From a virus: a stretch of 64,000 nucleotides of DNA. The stretch is taken from positions 64,001-128,000 of the IMG/VR virus record IMGVR_UViG_3300035670_000034; one strand, 5' to 3'. Below, piece by piece: positions 19,801 to 29,198 of this stretch. Under the pieces are notes generated by a model. The model ran no database searches and was not told where the DNA came from. It was given only the letters and a program-made list of their open reading frames with translations. A program made the position numbers and the translations under genes. How positions within the stretch are numbered: position 1 is the stretch's first letter; every line of letters begins with the position of its first letter.

Positions 19801-22800
19801 GGCAAATGAACGTTCTTCGTGGACTTGTTACGGGCAGAATAGCCAAACTACGCCCCGAAGAACGCTCACAAATAGAAGAAGCACTTAGAGACGCAACGAG
19901 AATACACTCGGCTATTTACGGCGCAACTCCGAACAAACGGGACACATACAGAGCGATAAAGACTGATAGAAAAACATTTTTGGAAAGCGTTGCCGTTGGC
20001 GACGAAATACCTATGCCGATTACGGCCTTCAGCCCCGATAAGCCCGACAACAACGAGAATGTGATTATCCGACTAGAAAAAGGCGCAAAAACCATAGATG
20101 TCGGCAACAGGCAAGTTCTTACTCAGGGCAATTTTGAGGTCGTTTCGGTTGATGACGACGGGACCCGTGTCATTGCCACGTTGCGCCATAAGGAAACATT
20201 TGACCCACGCCACGACGCACTTAGACCCGTGGACAAGTTTTCGGATAAGCCGAACGCAATGCGCAAGATGGGCAGTCCAATGCCCCGATACACCAGAGAC
20301 GAACAACAAAAGATGGAAGTTGATTTGGAGCGCAGACAGGACAAAGACAAAGTGTTTGGCTTGCGCTCAACAACGGGTATGGTCCCGGAGGATTTGAGCG
20401 AAAAAGAGATTGACGATTTCCTTGATGAAGAAGTGAACCTGTTTGAGGAAAAGCGGGTCCCGAAAGAAGTAGTTGATAAAGCGAAAAAGAATTTGCGTGA
20501 TTACTTGCAGAGAAGTGCTATTCGTCGTTTTGTCAAGACAAAGCAAGCCCTTATCCAAAAGTACGGGGCCGATAAGCCGTGGGAAAGAGACGCAGACGCA
20601 ATACGCAAATGGAGAGCAATCGACAGGGAAACCGCCGCACGGGTAAGCACAGTCCTGAGACGCAGCCTAAGAAACGCAATTGACAATAGAACTCGGGACA
20701 TGATGGATGCCGACACGGGCGAATTGTTTGACGACGCAAAGGTTGGCTTGTCCAGAGTACTGGACAGGTTCAACTATTACATAAACGACTACGAAGGTAT
20801 TGACTTGTCAGCGGGGCAGATTAGGCATCTTCTCGAAACTGGTCAGTTCGTTTACTGGAGACGGGACGACGAACTGTTCCCAACTGAGAAAATGGTAATC
20901 AATTTGCCAATCAACTCACCAGAAATGGCAGAACTCAAACAGGTTTTGGAGACGACACTTCCAGCATTGGAGGCGATGTCTCGGGCTTACTTGCTCGATG
21001 GTTCGGTCGACGTCCCGAATGCCAACAGAAGCATTTGGGAAGACCCAAAGATTGGCGGAAAGATAATCCTCAACAACGAGGAGTTGAACATAGTCCCGAA
21101 CGGTAAGGGCGTTTATGCAATATTCCAGCCAGATGGTTCTGAAAGCATAAGCCTTGTTGCGAACGCATCTTTTGGAGTTGGCAGCCAACGACCCAATGGA
21201 ACAACTGGTTTTACTCGCAAAATAGGGCTAGACCGGGACGGGAATATTGTCATTGGTCATGACCGTTTCTGGATGGGCAGCAAGGACAGAGAACGCAAAG
21301 GTTCTGGTGTGGCGACGCTATTCAACCAGCATTCGTTTTTGTGGTGGAAGCAGCATGAGGGCACTGAGGTTGTGGTCCCGAATGCCGTGAGTGACGGCGT
21401 GATTGTGTGGCCACGTCAAGGTTTCCGTCGGATTGGTCAAGCACGACGGGACGCATTGGAAGAACAAGAAGGATTTTTCCATATGGTCAGGGCTTTGGTG
21501 CTGAAATCAAAACGACAAGAACTGTTTGACGCAAACCGTCCCGAACGCGGGGGAACGGCAGAATACGAAGCGGCGCAGTTGGTGAAATACGTTGATGATG
21601 TTGATAGTAAATACGGACTTGATAATCCAGAGTTTGCAAAACGCCTAGTGAACTGGCTTGCGCTTGCTCGCACAGCAAATGATAATCAAAGCCCCGAAAC
21701 AGACCTCATCAACATATTGGCAAACATTATTGAGCCAAGAGAATTGAACGACAGCCAACGCCTGAGTTGGGCTGAACTGTTTGGACAAGTAGCGAAAAGC
21801 AATAGTTTCAGCATGTTTTTGAATCGGGACGAAAGCGACAATGACTACCTACCATCATTCGTCATCCCAGACCCGACTGACGACCTAGACCCGATGGAAG
21901 TACAACGCCAAATAGAGCGTGGCAGATTGTTGCGCCAAGAGTTGGAGAACTCACAGGCCCCGAGCGAAGTATCAAGAGATATTTACTTCCCAGAAGATGA
22001 CAAGGAAATTTCTAGCAACCGACTGCTTGGGGAAAGACAAGCGGGACGCCTATTTGCAGCCGTGAACATAGACGAAGCGACCAGTTCGGATACACGAACT
22101 TTTTCCTCAGCACGGGCATTCATGTATGCGAGAGAGGGTTCTGGCTTCAACGTCCCGCCAAGACTTCTCACACGGGTGGAAACAGAGGAACGAATTAGCA
22201 GGGGTGAAATACCCCTCTATGGTTGGATTGACCTCAATCGTGTCGGCATTTACACGAGCGACAGAAACAACATGCAAGAACTTTACGAGCAACGAGTTCG
22301 CAACAATATGGTCGGACTGGCGGGGCCGAGTGAAGTCATGCGTTTCACCGATAAGCCATTTGACCACATTGACGATTTCCACGACACGAACAATCCAGTT
22401 ACAGACCCAGCAGCAGTTCGCAGTGGAATGCTTGGCTACCTAGCCCCGTGGGCTCGTGTTTACAAAGGTAAGCGAAATGCTTTGCCAGAAATGTTTTGGG
22501 GCAACAGCACGGAGATTTCAATCGCAAGAGACATGCGGGACAGGGGCGATTTTGATGGTTTGATGGCTTTGCTTGTCAATAAGTTTGGCGAGGAGGTAGA
22601 TAACTCGGTGATGGGCACGGACGTTGCGTTAGTAGAAACCCTAGATGGATTTTTGCCAAATGGAAACTCCGAAACAGCACAGACGGGACGCCGAGTGTTG
22701 GGGGCATTGTTCCAAATTGAAAATAATCGAAGAATGGCCGAAGCAGGTATCTCAACGGCAATTAGGCAAGATAAGATACAAGGACTTAGAGATGGCTTGC

Positions 22801-25800
22801 TTGCCATCATGGCAACAGAGTTTGACCAATCATTGCTGGTTTTGATGGGATATGACGCAATACAGCACAAAGACGGGGAGTTCACAATCCTCAACAACAT
22901 GGCTGTCGAACTAATGGATGAGCCAGTTTCGTTCGCCCAAGCAGCGAGGATGATTGACGACCCGAGATTCAGAGCCATACCGTCCGATAGGTCCCGTTAC
23001 TCAACGTTCATTGAAACAAGACTTGTGGATAACCCTGACTGGTTTAGTGGCGACGACCCACGCCTGCTTGCCGACGAACCCATTTCTCTTACAAAAGCGG
23101 GTTTGAACAGTTCGACATACATAAGGTCTGTGCGTCAAGACCACAACATCAACCTAGAACGGGGACTACGCAGTAGAACACGGGGCTCGATTGCAAGCGC
23201 AAGAGAAAGACAGCGCCGAGAATCAGCAAGAGAAGGTAAGTCAGATGGGTGGGTAAATCCTGACGACGCATCATTCAAACAAGAAGTTGTAGAACTCGAG
23301 GGTCGCTTCAACGCGTTGGTTGCCCAACTTGAGGAGTGGGACGATAGGAACCTTGAACTCGACCGCCCCGATTGGGCCGGCCGCGAAGAAATCAAGAAGC
23401 AAATGGATGAAATCTCGGACCAGTTTGCGTCACTCATCAACACATCTAACATCGTCATTGAGAAATCCATGGAACACCAGGCGCTCATTGACGCCCTTGA
23501 CGCCATAATCAACGAGCGGGACGCCGACTACCTAGACGGGCGACCAAAGGTGAAAGATATTTCGCCAGAAATGCTTGACAAGATAAGGGCGTTGCGGGAT
23601 AAACTGGTACAAGAGAAGCAAGATAATCCAGGCTTGCTTGACTTCACACGGGCACGTGTCAGACACAAGACAATCAAGAACGCAATGGAAAACTTCGACC
23701 TTCAGTACGAGGTTCGTTGGTTCAATAATGAACCTGACACAGTTGAACTTGAAGACGTAGTCAAAGCGGATGTTTCCGACAAGGCCGAGGCTTTCGTAGA
23801 ACACATTTATCGTGGTCTGTTCGACGAAAGATACGACGCTTGGAGGGAGTACATGAAGCCGACGATGGCATTCGGCGTACCCCTTTACGACTCGACTTGG
23901 GAGTTGGGCCACAAGAGAGTTGGCGAACTGTTTGACGGGGTGAGCCCTGATGAACGGGACGCTTGGAGGGCGGCGCACAAGGACTTCCTCGATAGTGAAT
24001 ACAACGCAGAATACGAAGAGGACATCATCGACTCAACACCAGTCGGTGGTTCGACCAGACCACGTGACGTCCCCGCCCCGATTTGGCGTAAAGTCAGGGC
24101 TGCCATGTCACGGGCACGCTCAACTCCATACAACGGCGAGAAAGAGGCTGCCACAAACGCAGCGATACGACTCCTCAATCCACACCGACCAGATTTGGCT
24201 AACGAAGACTTTGTTTCGGGCATTAGGTCGCACACTATTGTCAGCACACCTCGGTCGGTAGTGAACTTCTCTTCCAAGCAAATGCGGGGCGCCAGCCCAA
24301 CCTCTCCAACAACCGCAATTGAGAACCACGCATTCTCACGCATCATTGATGAGGTGAGGAGCCAAGGCATAGAAATAGAAGAAGCAGACCTATTGCCCAC
24401 TGGTAAGTACGGAAGCAAGTTGCGCCAGATTATGGACGACAACCAATCCACACAGTCGGTTAATTGGTTGATTAGACAAACAGAAGACGACCCAGTTCTT
24501 TCTGCCGTCGTAAATGCGGCGATAAAGCAGGCTCGACTCACAATGGGCATAACCCCAATCGAGGGTCACAGAATCAAAAAGGTGAACGGCCCCGTTGATG
24601 AGGAGATTGCTGATGTTCTCGTAGACGACATCGACTTGGCTTTGTTGCGTAATCAGGGTGCGCCAACCTATGACCAAATTATCCAAATAGCAGCAGCAAA
24701 ATACATAGAACACGATAGACTGAACAAAGCATTCGGTTCTTACCAAGACCCAGAAGGCAAACTCATCGGCGCTGGCTTTACCCGCATCGACAAAAACAGC
24801 ACTGCCTACCTGACGACGATGACCAGCGCCCCAGACGTTGATGGGAAAGACTACGTCTATAGGGACATTCGGGGCAACGAGGTTGCCCGCTTAAAGCGTT
24901 ATGACAGCGTGAAGTCAGATAACGTTGCAAGTCGCAAACCAAAAACCTTGAGTAATTTCGCCACGCAACACTCACTCATCAAGACCAATGACGCCATTTT
25001 CGGGGTAATGGCGGAGGCGGTTGAGTTTACGGGTGACTACGAAAATGCAAGTTTGAAGAAACTAAGGGCGACTATAGAAGAACTACAAAGCATTTACAGG
25101 AACTTTGAGTTTGCCCCGACTCCAGCGGGCCAACACCTGAAAAAACTATTTGAAGCGAACCTTGAAAGCGAAGTAAAAACTTTAGAACTTCTGGAAAGAA
25201 TTGGGCAGCGATATGTACACCTGTTGCGTGAGCGGGGCATTTCGGACAAAGAAATAAGAGAGATGCTCTCAACCGTCAGGAAACAAACACTCAAGACAGC
25301 CGTTGACCCCGTGGGGAGGGAGGACCTATTCCTGAATGGCAGCCCGATTCCAATCGGCAGTTCCAATGACGGAACAGTCGCAGAGCAGGCACTTTATGGC
25401 TTTTTGAACAGCAAACTCGGTAGTGCCATGCTGCCCCGTTTCGCCGACTCAGACGCACCTGCTGGTTTTCACGAGATTGGTCACTTTTCTTTTGGCCAAG
25501 CCTTCTCACGTCACGGTGAGTTCGTCGCCAATGCTTGGCCATTCTTTGTGCATGGCGACGCATTCTGGAGGTCGTTTGTCGCCTTACAGCGCAATCAGGC
25601 ACCCACCTTTGACAAGTGGACAATATCTGAGCATCTTGGGAAAGCCCTGAGCCCCGAACAGAAAGCAGCCTTCAAGGATGCCTCAAGGCTCATAGGCAAA
25701 ACACTTAGCCGAGACTTCGTCGCTGCATTTGAGAGAGAAAGATACATATCTCTTGGCGATTCAGAACGACAAATAATAGCCTCGGATGTCATTGCGGCAG

Positions 25801-26903
25801 TTCGGGGCAATGACACGCTTGGCGATAAAGAAAAAGAAGAGTTAATCACACAAATTCAAAAAGAGATAGACGGGGATATGTTCTTTATTGGTGTGCCCAG
25901 AACAGGACGACACAGCGAAGAAGAAAAGAAATTCCTTCGGGAATTGGGATTACCTGAAGACGCAGTCCCGGACAACGGCATAACTGTGGGCACTTGGAAA
26001 CTTTATGATTCGCTAATTCCGCTTAATCCAAGCGTGTTTGGGTGGCAGCGTCGTGATGGACTCAGGAGTACCACCAACGAGGAGAGACAAAAATTAAAAG
26101 ATGATGTTGTTGAGCATGTTCTTGCTGGAAATACACTCAAGGCAACGGCAAAGAAGTTTAATATCAGCATAGAATCAGTCTCAAGATACCTGAGACAGGC
26201 TGGCGTCCCGAATCTTGGACAACGCCCGATTGGGATTGCGACGACAGACGATTCCTATCGTGAAACTGGCAAAATGGTTCGCGCCGATGCCCCTGATGTC
26301 CTGAAGGCAAAGTTTGATGCCTTGACACAGATGATTGCCGGCGGGACCGACCTGCGTGAGAGTTTGGAATCCATAAACTTTTCTGGCGTTGATATTGATT
26401 CCGTGATTGACTTTATGGATAACTTGCCAGAACTCCCAGAACGTTGGTCTGGTACTAGAGGACCATTTACCGATAACGCTCTTTACCGAGCGATTTCTCT
26501 GATGGCTGCGCTTGGATTCTCAACAAACCTTACATCTGAAACATTGGGGTCAAGCCCCGTAACCGTCACCAAGTACAGGAAGCATTCAGGCTTTGTCCCA
26601 CCAAAGATTCGGGGCGGGAATCCAACCCATAGAGGGCTCAGCAGCACAACTGCCACCTCTCGACAGCGCCGTGAGTTTGCGACATTGCTCAGGTCTGTAC
26701 ACTCGCTGATGGGCGGGCGCCCCGTGTTCTTTGGCAACGAAACTGATGAAGAAATGGCTATTGCTGAGCGTTTGTTCCGTCAGAAAAGAACGGCTGCTAA
26801 GCGTCGTTTGTCGCCTATCATTGATGCTCTGAGGGGTATGGCTCAGAGATACCCAGAACTGAGCAAGGATTTCGCTGACGAACTGAAGGAGATTTCCAGA
26901 TGA
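16836..26903 (+). CDS. Giant polyvalent protein (3355 aa): two zincin metallopeptidase motifs, ART-like, GNAT, DUF2786-like and HTH modules
   Basis: IHEFGHH (aa ~590) + IERFAE; YR..AFS..QVL ART-like; RERKGSGVATL GNAT; KVRAAMSRARSTPYNGEKEAA; FHEIGH (aa ~2879); two C-terminal HTHs; N-terminal DGDGDG. Confidence 0.85.
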   Translation: MTQLGPENKDIYEVDVKDGNRLGRRLSRGLRSLSRSVGNTARSGLVVEPFDPNAYDGDGDGIIQDGTQWERPAVLRSQSIPNADLPKTPDAGTETETEKTQKETRKLVDAAERAGTRISPERSRVTTGGLRSTTVTPLLDPEWRRTATPRELAEIIVPDTLDEADALAEQLAVPRSAYETEADYQNALKLLRRTRDAERAASKRRMEALIAIYEKRHPKTTKTGSFERDLRDDPIEWDKNLKKIFGDQNEWGEQLGATNKRSVERAQIEFLVAYRTELERDPVTNKTLLDIINEIENAYRNGVRLTHGAFWRDSTHIPISPVEYVLARLFMEHSNHPQDPLFITGIRDVVTPSGDTDAVIRWATEFLDGYQRFYEARKGSRALSKQQIKNRIEVAMNSGSRGGFFGTLFGRAIPNEQYIQTHQMVESNDPRDLALLRALLQRTLEQNPEFLEAVRKFGHPPLYVPHRAYHFIAPPREFQEKFLLVPESELTPSELRDKLISGKEYEKGLLEAIRAQELGKGDVTFGAGGLLGVRAGLGGQYSFPDGQITLTPMQLRNTILNRPEADENIINMTGTQGAYTLVGEPAILIHEFGHHVDWTLRNTLYGALWERRKRAIRDFANDPNRNTSPDVFKDFVRQQIVDFRDELKGFTGLVDPDNPSKLSGASDRQNIHRSRLKYLGVNVPRQGPDEVPVGSRLFDPSTLTDEELDDQIREIAGQLDEIHGMVDMLTGRQQIRRMKENGTWQRGIHPSEGDVGDYAINSPEPYVTTPYGNSSAIERFAEITAFVLSRNGQKQPVAVNNAAVRLWARILGIDVEPQDVVSQSRRKRLPSGGYSDEMEDITNRILSDIKIVAPDVQRQPDGHRPGLQSSTSSSDFRFDPDERSMLQSRSNIGLDTDQRLYAQDEPIGVMDFMNRPRVYSIGDHHFYDNEVRYGSQMSFAMRKRLGEQAGRRYINRNRPHHGDMVRAISATQFGLFIDDLPTYDTTTSGQMNVLRGLVTGRIAKLRPEERSQIEEALRDATRIHSAIYGATPNKRDTYRAIKTDRKTFLESVAVGDEIPMPITAFSPDKPDNNENVIIRLEKGAKTIDVGNRQVLTQGNFEVVSVDDDGTRVIATLRHKETFDPRHDALRPVDKFSDKPNAMRKMGSPMPRYTRDEQQKMEVDLERRQDKDKVFGLRSTTGMVPEDLSEKEIDDFLDEEVNLFEEKRVPKEVVDKAKKNLRDYLQRSAIRRFVKTKQALIQKYGADKPWERDADAIRKWRAIDRETAARVSTVLRRSLRNAIDNRTRDMMDADTGELFDDAKVGLSRVLDRFNYYINDYEGIDLSAGQIRHLLETGQFVYWRRDDELFPTEKMVINLPINSPEMAELKQVLETTLPALEAMSRAYLLDGSVDVPNANRSIWEDPKIGGKIILNNEELNIVPNGKGVYAIFQPDGSESISLVANASFGVGSQRPNGTTGFTRKIGLDRDGNIVIGHDRFWMGSKDRERKGSGVATLFNQHSFLWWKQHEGTEVVVPNAVSDGVIVWPRQGFRRIGQARRDALEEQEGFFHMVRALVLKSKRQELFDANRPERGGTAEYEAAQLVKYVDDVDSKYGLDNPEFAKRLVNWLALARTANDNQSPETDLINILANIIEPRELNDSQRLSWAELFGQVAKSNSFSMFLNRDESDNDYLPSFVIPDPTDDLDPMEVQRQIERGRLLRQELENSQAPSEVSRDIYFPEDDKEISSNRLLGERQAGRLFAAVNIDEATSSDTRTFSSARAFMYAREGSGFNVPPRLLTRVETEERISRGEIPLYGWIDLNRVGIYTSDRNNMQELYEQRVRNNMVGLAGPSEVMRFTDKPFDHIDDFHDTNNPVTDPAAVRSGMLGYLAPWARVYKGKRNALPEMFWGNSTEISIARDMRDRGDFDGLMALLVNKFGEEVDNSVMGTDVALVETLDGFLPNGNSETAQTGRRVLGALFQIENNRRMAEAGISTAIRQDKIQGLRDGLLAIMATEFDQSLLVLMGYDAIQHKDGEFTILNNMAVELMDEPVSFAQAARMIDDPRFRAIPSDRSRYSTFIETRLVDNPDWFSGDDPRLLADEPISLTKAGLNSSTYIRSVRQDHNINLERGLRSRTRGSIASARERQRRESAREGKSDGWVNPDDASFKQEVVELEGRFNALVAQLEEWDDRNLELDRPDWAGREEIKKQMDEISDQFASLINTSNIVIEKSMEHQALIDALDAIINERDADYLDGRPKVKDISPEMLDKIRALRDKLVQEKQDNPGLLDFTRARVRHKTIKNAMENFDLQYEVRWFNNEPDTVELEDVVKADVSDKAEAFVEHIYRGLFDERYDAWREYMKPTMAFGVPLYDSTWELGHKRVGELFDGVSPDERDAWRAAHKDFLDSEYNAEYEEDIIDSTPVGGSTRPRDVPAPIWRKVRAAMSRARSTPYNGEKEAATNAAIRLLNPHRPDLANEDFVSGIRSHTIVSTPRSVVNFSSKQMRGASPTSPTTAIENHAFSRIIDEVRSQGIEIEEADLLPTGKYGSKLRQIMDDNQSTQSVNWLIRQTEDDPVLSAVVNAAIKQARLTMGITPIEGHRIKKVNGPVDEEIADVLVDDIDLALLRNQGAPTYDQIIQIAAAKYIEHDRLNKAFGSYQDPEGKLIGAGFTRIDKNSTAYLTTMTSAPDVDGKDYVYRDIRGNEVARLKRYDSVKSDNVASRKPKTLSNFATQHSLIKTNDAIFGVMAEAVEFTGDYENASLKKLRATIEELQSIYRNFEFAPTPAGQHLKKLFEANLESEVKTLELLERIGQRYVHLLRERGISDKEIREMLSTVRKQTLKTAVDPVGREDLFLNGSPIPIGSSNDGTVAEQALYGFLNSKLGSAMLPRFADSDAPAGFHEIGHFSFGQAFSRHGEFVANAWPFFVHGDAFWRSFVALQRNQAPTFDKWTISEHLGKALSPEQKAAFKDASRLIGKTLSRDFVAAFERERYISLGDSERQIIASDVIAAVRGNDTLGDKEKEELITQIQKEIDGDMFFIGVPRTGRHSEEEKKFLRELGLPEDAVPDNGITVGTWKLYDSLIPLNPSVFGWQRRDGLRSTTNEERQKLKDDVVEHVLAGNTLKATAKKFNISIESVSRYLRQAGVPNLGQRPIGIATTDDSYRETGKMVRADAPDVLKAKFDALTQMIAGGTDLRESLESINFSGVDIDSVIDFMDNLPELPERWSGTRGPFTDNALYRAISLMAALGFSTNLTSETLGSSPVTVTKYRKHSGFVPPKIRGGNPTHRGLSSTTATSRQRREFATLLRSVHSLMGGRPVFFGNETDEEMAIAERLFRQKRTAAKRRLSPIIDALRGMAQRYPELSKDFADELKEISR

Positions 26904-27082
26904 ATACTGAAAAACGCCCTGAGATTATCACTCAGTTTCTCAATAGTTTTAGCGACCAAGAGAAGAATGACTTGATGGACTTGGAGGATGAAGCACGGGA
27001 AGTTTCCGCACTTCGTTCCAAACTCCTCAAGAAAAACCTTACAGGCAATAATGAGGTAGAACAAGATGTATCGGGAGAATAG
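26900..27082 (+). CDS. Small hypothetical protein coupled to the giant gene
   Basis: ATGA overlap with the giant gene stop. Confidence 0.55.
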   Translation: MNTEKRPEIITQFLNSFSDQEKNDLMDLEDEAREVSALRSKLLKKNLTGNNEVEQDVSGE

Positions 27083-27563
27083 AAACAGCCAAAGAACCCC
27101 CCAATGGGTGAGAATGTCGGTTAAAGACTTCGTTGCGAACGCCCCGATGGAGTACAAGGGCGGTGGCTACACCAAGCCGATGTTGAGGGAAAGCATAAAG
27201 AACCGCATTATGCGTGGCGGTAAGGGAGGAAGACCAGGTCAGTGGTCGGCACGTAAGGCGCAGTTGCTTGCTCAGGAATACAGAAAGGCTGGGGGCGGTT
27301 ACCGCACGGGCAGACCATCACGGGCGCAACGTTCGTTGAAGAAATGGACTAAGCAGAGATGGAGAACTTCTGATGGGAAGCCGGCTGAGCGGGGCGGTCG
27401 GATGCGAAGGTACTTGCCAGATGCGGTGTGGAAGCGACTGACACCAGAACAACGAAAGGCGACCAATCGCAAGAAACTTGCTGGCGACAAGAAGGGCAAG
27501 CAGTTTGTAAAGAACACAGAAACTGTCGGCAAGATTTCTGCTAGATACAGGGCCAAGAAATGA
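27066..27563 (+). CDS. Basic DUF5872-like phage protein
   Basis: YTKPMLRESIK...GGKGGRPGQWSARKAQLLAQEYRKAGGGY. Confidence 0.75.
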   Translation: MYRENRNSQRTPQWVRMSVKDFVANAPMEYKGGGYTKPMLRESIKNRIMRGGKGGRPGQWSARKAQLLAQEYRKAGGGYRTGRPSRAQRSLKKWTKQRWRTSDGKPAERGGRMRRYLPDAVWKRLTPEQRKATNRKKLAGDKKGKQFVKNTETVGKISARYRAKK

Positions 27564-27841
27564 GTGACGAACAGGAACGATACGTCCCGCCGCACGAGCG
27601 AGAACACCTGTATCTCATGGAACTCGGAAAGTTTCCACCACTCACGTCACGTAAGGTCAGAAACCGCTATCGTGATTTGGTCAAGACTTGGCGACACGAC
27701 ACCGCAAGATACAGATACAAAGAGATGATTAGGGAAGCAGAGGAGTACTTTACTCTCTCGCAAGGCGACCCAGACAATGCTCACTTGTTCTATTTTCAGC
27801 GCAATAAGGACGCTAAACCAGACGACTACCTATTTTTCTGA
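27560..27841 (+). CDS. Hypothetical protein
   Basis: ATGA overlap with upstream gene. Confidence 0.65.
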   Translation: MSDEQERYVPPHEREHLYLMELGKFPPLTSRKVRNRYRDLVKTWRHDTARYRYKEMIREAEEYFTLSQGDPDNAHLFYFQRNKDAKPDDYLFF

Positions 27842-28137
27842 CTTGTCTGACGAATTCGCAGTTTGCCTTCGTCGTCGCCACTTTTTACCCAGTCCTCATG
27901 ATTGGCATAAAAAGTCCAACCATCAAAAACCATCTCCTCAAGGAGGTGCATGGTTGACTTGTTGGGTGCCCCGTCAAGCCATGAAAACCATTGAACCTCA
28001 TAATGGTCGCCGTGTTGGGCAGTGATTTTGCCCTGTTTATCTATGGGTCGATAATTCGGGAATCCCTCATACTCGCCCTTTTGCCTGTGGGTGTGAACGA
28101 AGCGACCAACTAAAGAATCTGCTGATTGACTATCCAT
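27826..28137 (-). CDS. Hypothetical protein
   Basis: 103-aa ORF. Confidence 0.7.
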   Translation of the reverse strand: MDSQSADSLVGRFVHTHRQKGEYEGFPNYRPIDKQGKITAQHGDHYEVQWFSWLDGAPNKSTMHLLEEMVFDGWTFYANHEDWVKSGDDEGKLRIRQTSQKNR

Positions 28138-28150
28138 AATCCCCTTTGTG

Positions 28151-28203
28151 CTGAGATGCTTCGTGTCAGACTCTCAGGACTGACTTAACGAAGCACTGCT
28201 CAG
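28151..28203. terminator. Long imperfect hairpin downstream of ssb
   Basis: CTGAG/CTCAG, TGCTTCGT/ACGAAGCA, GTCAG/CTGAC nested stems. Confidence 0.5.
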
Positions 28204-28210
28204 TCGGACC

Positions 28211-28666
28211 TTAGAAGGGTTCGCTCTCGTCACCCACGGATGCTGCCACCTTGGCGGTTGCGGGTCGCGTGCGCGGGGCCGCCTGCGTGCGGGCGGGCTG
28301 TGAGTTCTCCTGCTTCACACGGCGCTGAACTGATTCCAGCGAACGGGTGGCGATACCGATTTCATCGGCAATGAGGTCCACGACGGACTTCTTGTTGCCT
28401 TCCTTGTCCTCGTATGAACGCTGTTCCAAGCGACCAGTGACGACGACTCCGATGCCCTTTTCAAGAACACGGGCTGAGTTCTCTGCCAGATAACGCCATG
28501 CGGTCACGTTGAAGTAGGAAGTCTTTTCCTGCTTCTCTCCGTTTGCGTCGGTGTATCCGTAGTTCACTGCTACGCCAAATGCGAGGCGAGGCGCCCCGCT
28601 CTGTGTGTATTCAAGTTTCGGGTCGTTGGTGACGTTCCCCGAAATGGTGAGTGTTGCTGTTGCCAT
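28211..28666 (-). CDS. ssb: Single-stranded DNA-binding protein
   Basis: TISGNVTNDPKLEYTQSG...YFNVTAWRYLAEN....L.KG..VVVTGRLEQRSYEDKEG...EPF C-terminus (actinobacterial type). Confidence 0.95.
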   Translation of the reverse strand: MATATLTISGNVTNDPKLEYTQSGAPRLAFGVAVNYGYTDANGEKQEKTSYFNVTAWRYLAENSARVLEKGIGVVVTGRLEQRSYEDKEGNKKSVVDLIADEIGIATRSLESVQRRVKQENSQPARTQAAPRTRPATAKVAASVGDESEPF

Positions 28667-28728
28667 TACCTTGTTTCTCGCTTCCTTGTTGTTTCGTTTA
28701 GCGGGAGTGAATACCCCCGACACCTAAT

Positions 28729-28977
28729 CTACTTGCTCTCGTCTAGAAAATCAGCGAGCAAGTCGTCGATGGGGACAAGTTTCATCGTCGCCGTGATAAC
28801 GCCGTTCTCGTCAATGCTCGTTGTATCAAGCGTGACGGCTTCCAGCATCGTTGAGGCGAAGTCCAAGCAGGCGTCCCGGTCTTCCTCGCCGACCAACTTG
28901 CCGATGAACTCAGCGAAGTGGTCAAGAACGTTGAGCCTGATTTCCTCTGGGGATAGGTCGCTCATTGTAGACCCCAC
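28729..28977 (-). CDS. Acidic hypothetical protein
   Basis: 82-aa ORF. Confidence 0.7.
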   Translation of the reverse strand: MGSTMSDLSPEEIRLNVLDHFAEFIGKLVGEEDRDACLDFASTMLEAVTLDTTSIDENGVITATMKLVPIDDLLADFLDESK

Positions 28978-29162
28978 GCCCTAAGCCACGCATTTGCGAC
29001 TGACTCGGCTTGTTCGTTGCTTTGGCATGGAATGTGGAGAATGTGGCTGTCGGAACTGTCGCCCGTTGGGCTACTAATCCAGACTTCCACAAGGTTTCCG
29101 TTGGTTGTGATTGTCGTTGGAATGCCTTTGAGCGCACCCCTAGACGAAATGATTGTGGTCAT
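28962..29162 (-). CDS. Hypothetical early protein
   Basis: Start 6 nt after motif-A -10. Confidence 0.8.
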   Translation of the reverse strand: MTTIISSRGALKGIPTTITTNGNLVEVWISSPTGDSSDSHILHIPCQSNEQAESVANAWLRAWGLQ

Positions 29163-29198
29163 GCCAACACCTTACAGGCAAAAATGGTGTAAGGCAAG

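Noticed and set aside
27560-27841. DnaJ J-domain call
   Set aside because: Resembles helix II (RNRYRDLVKTW) but has RHD rather than the essential HPD
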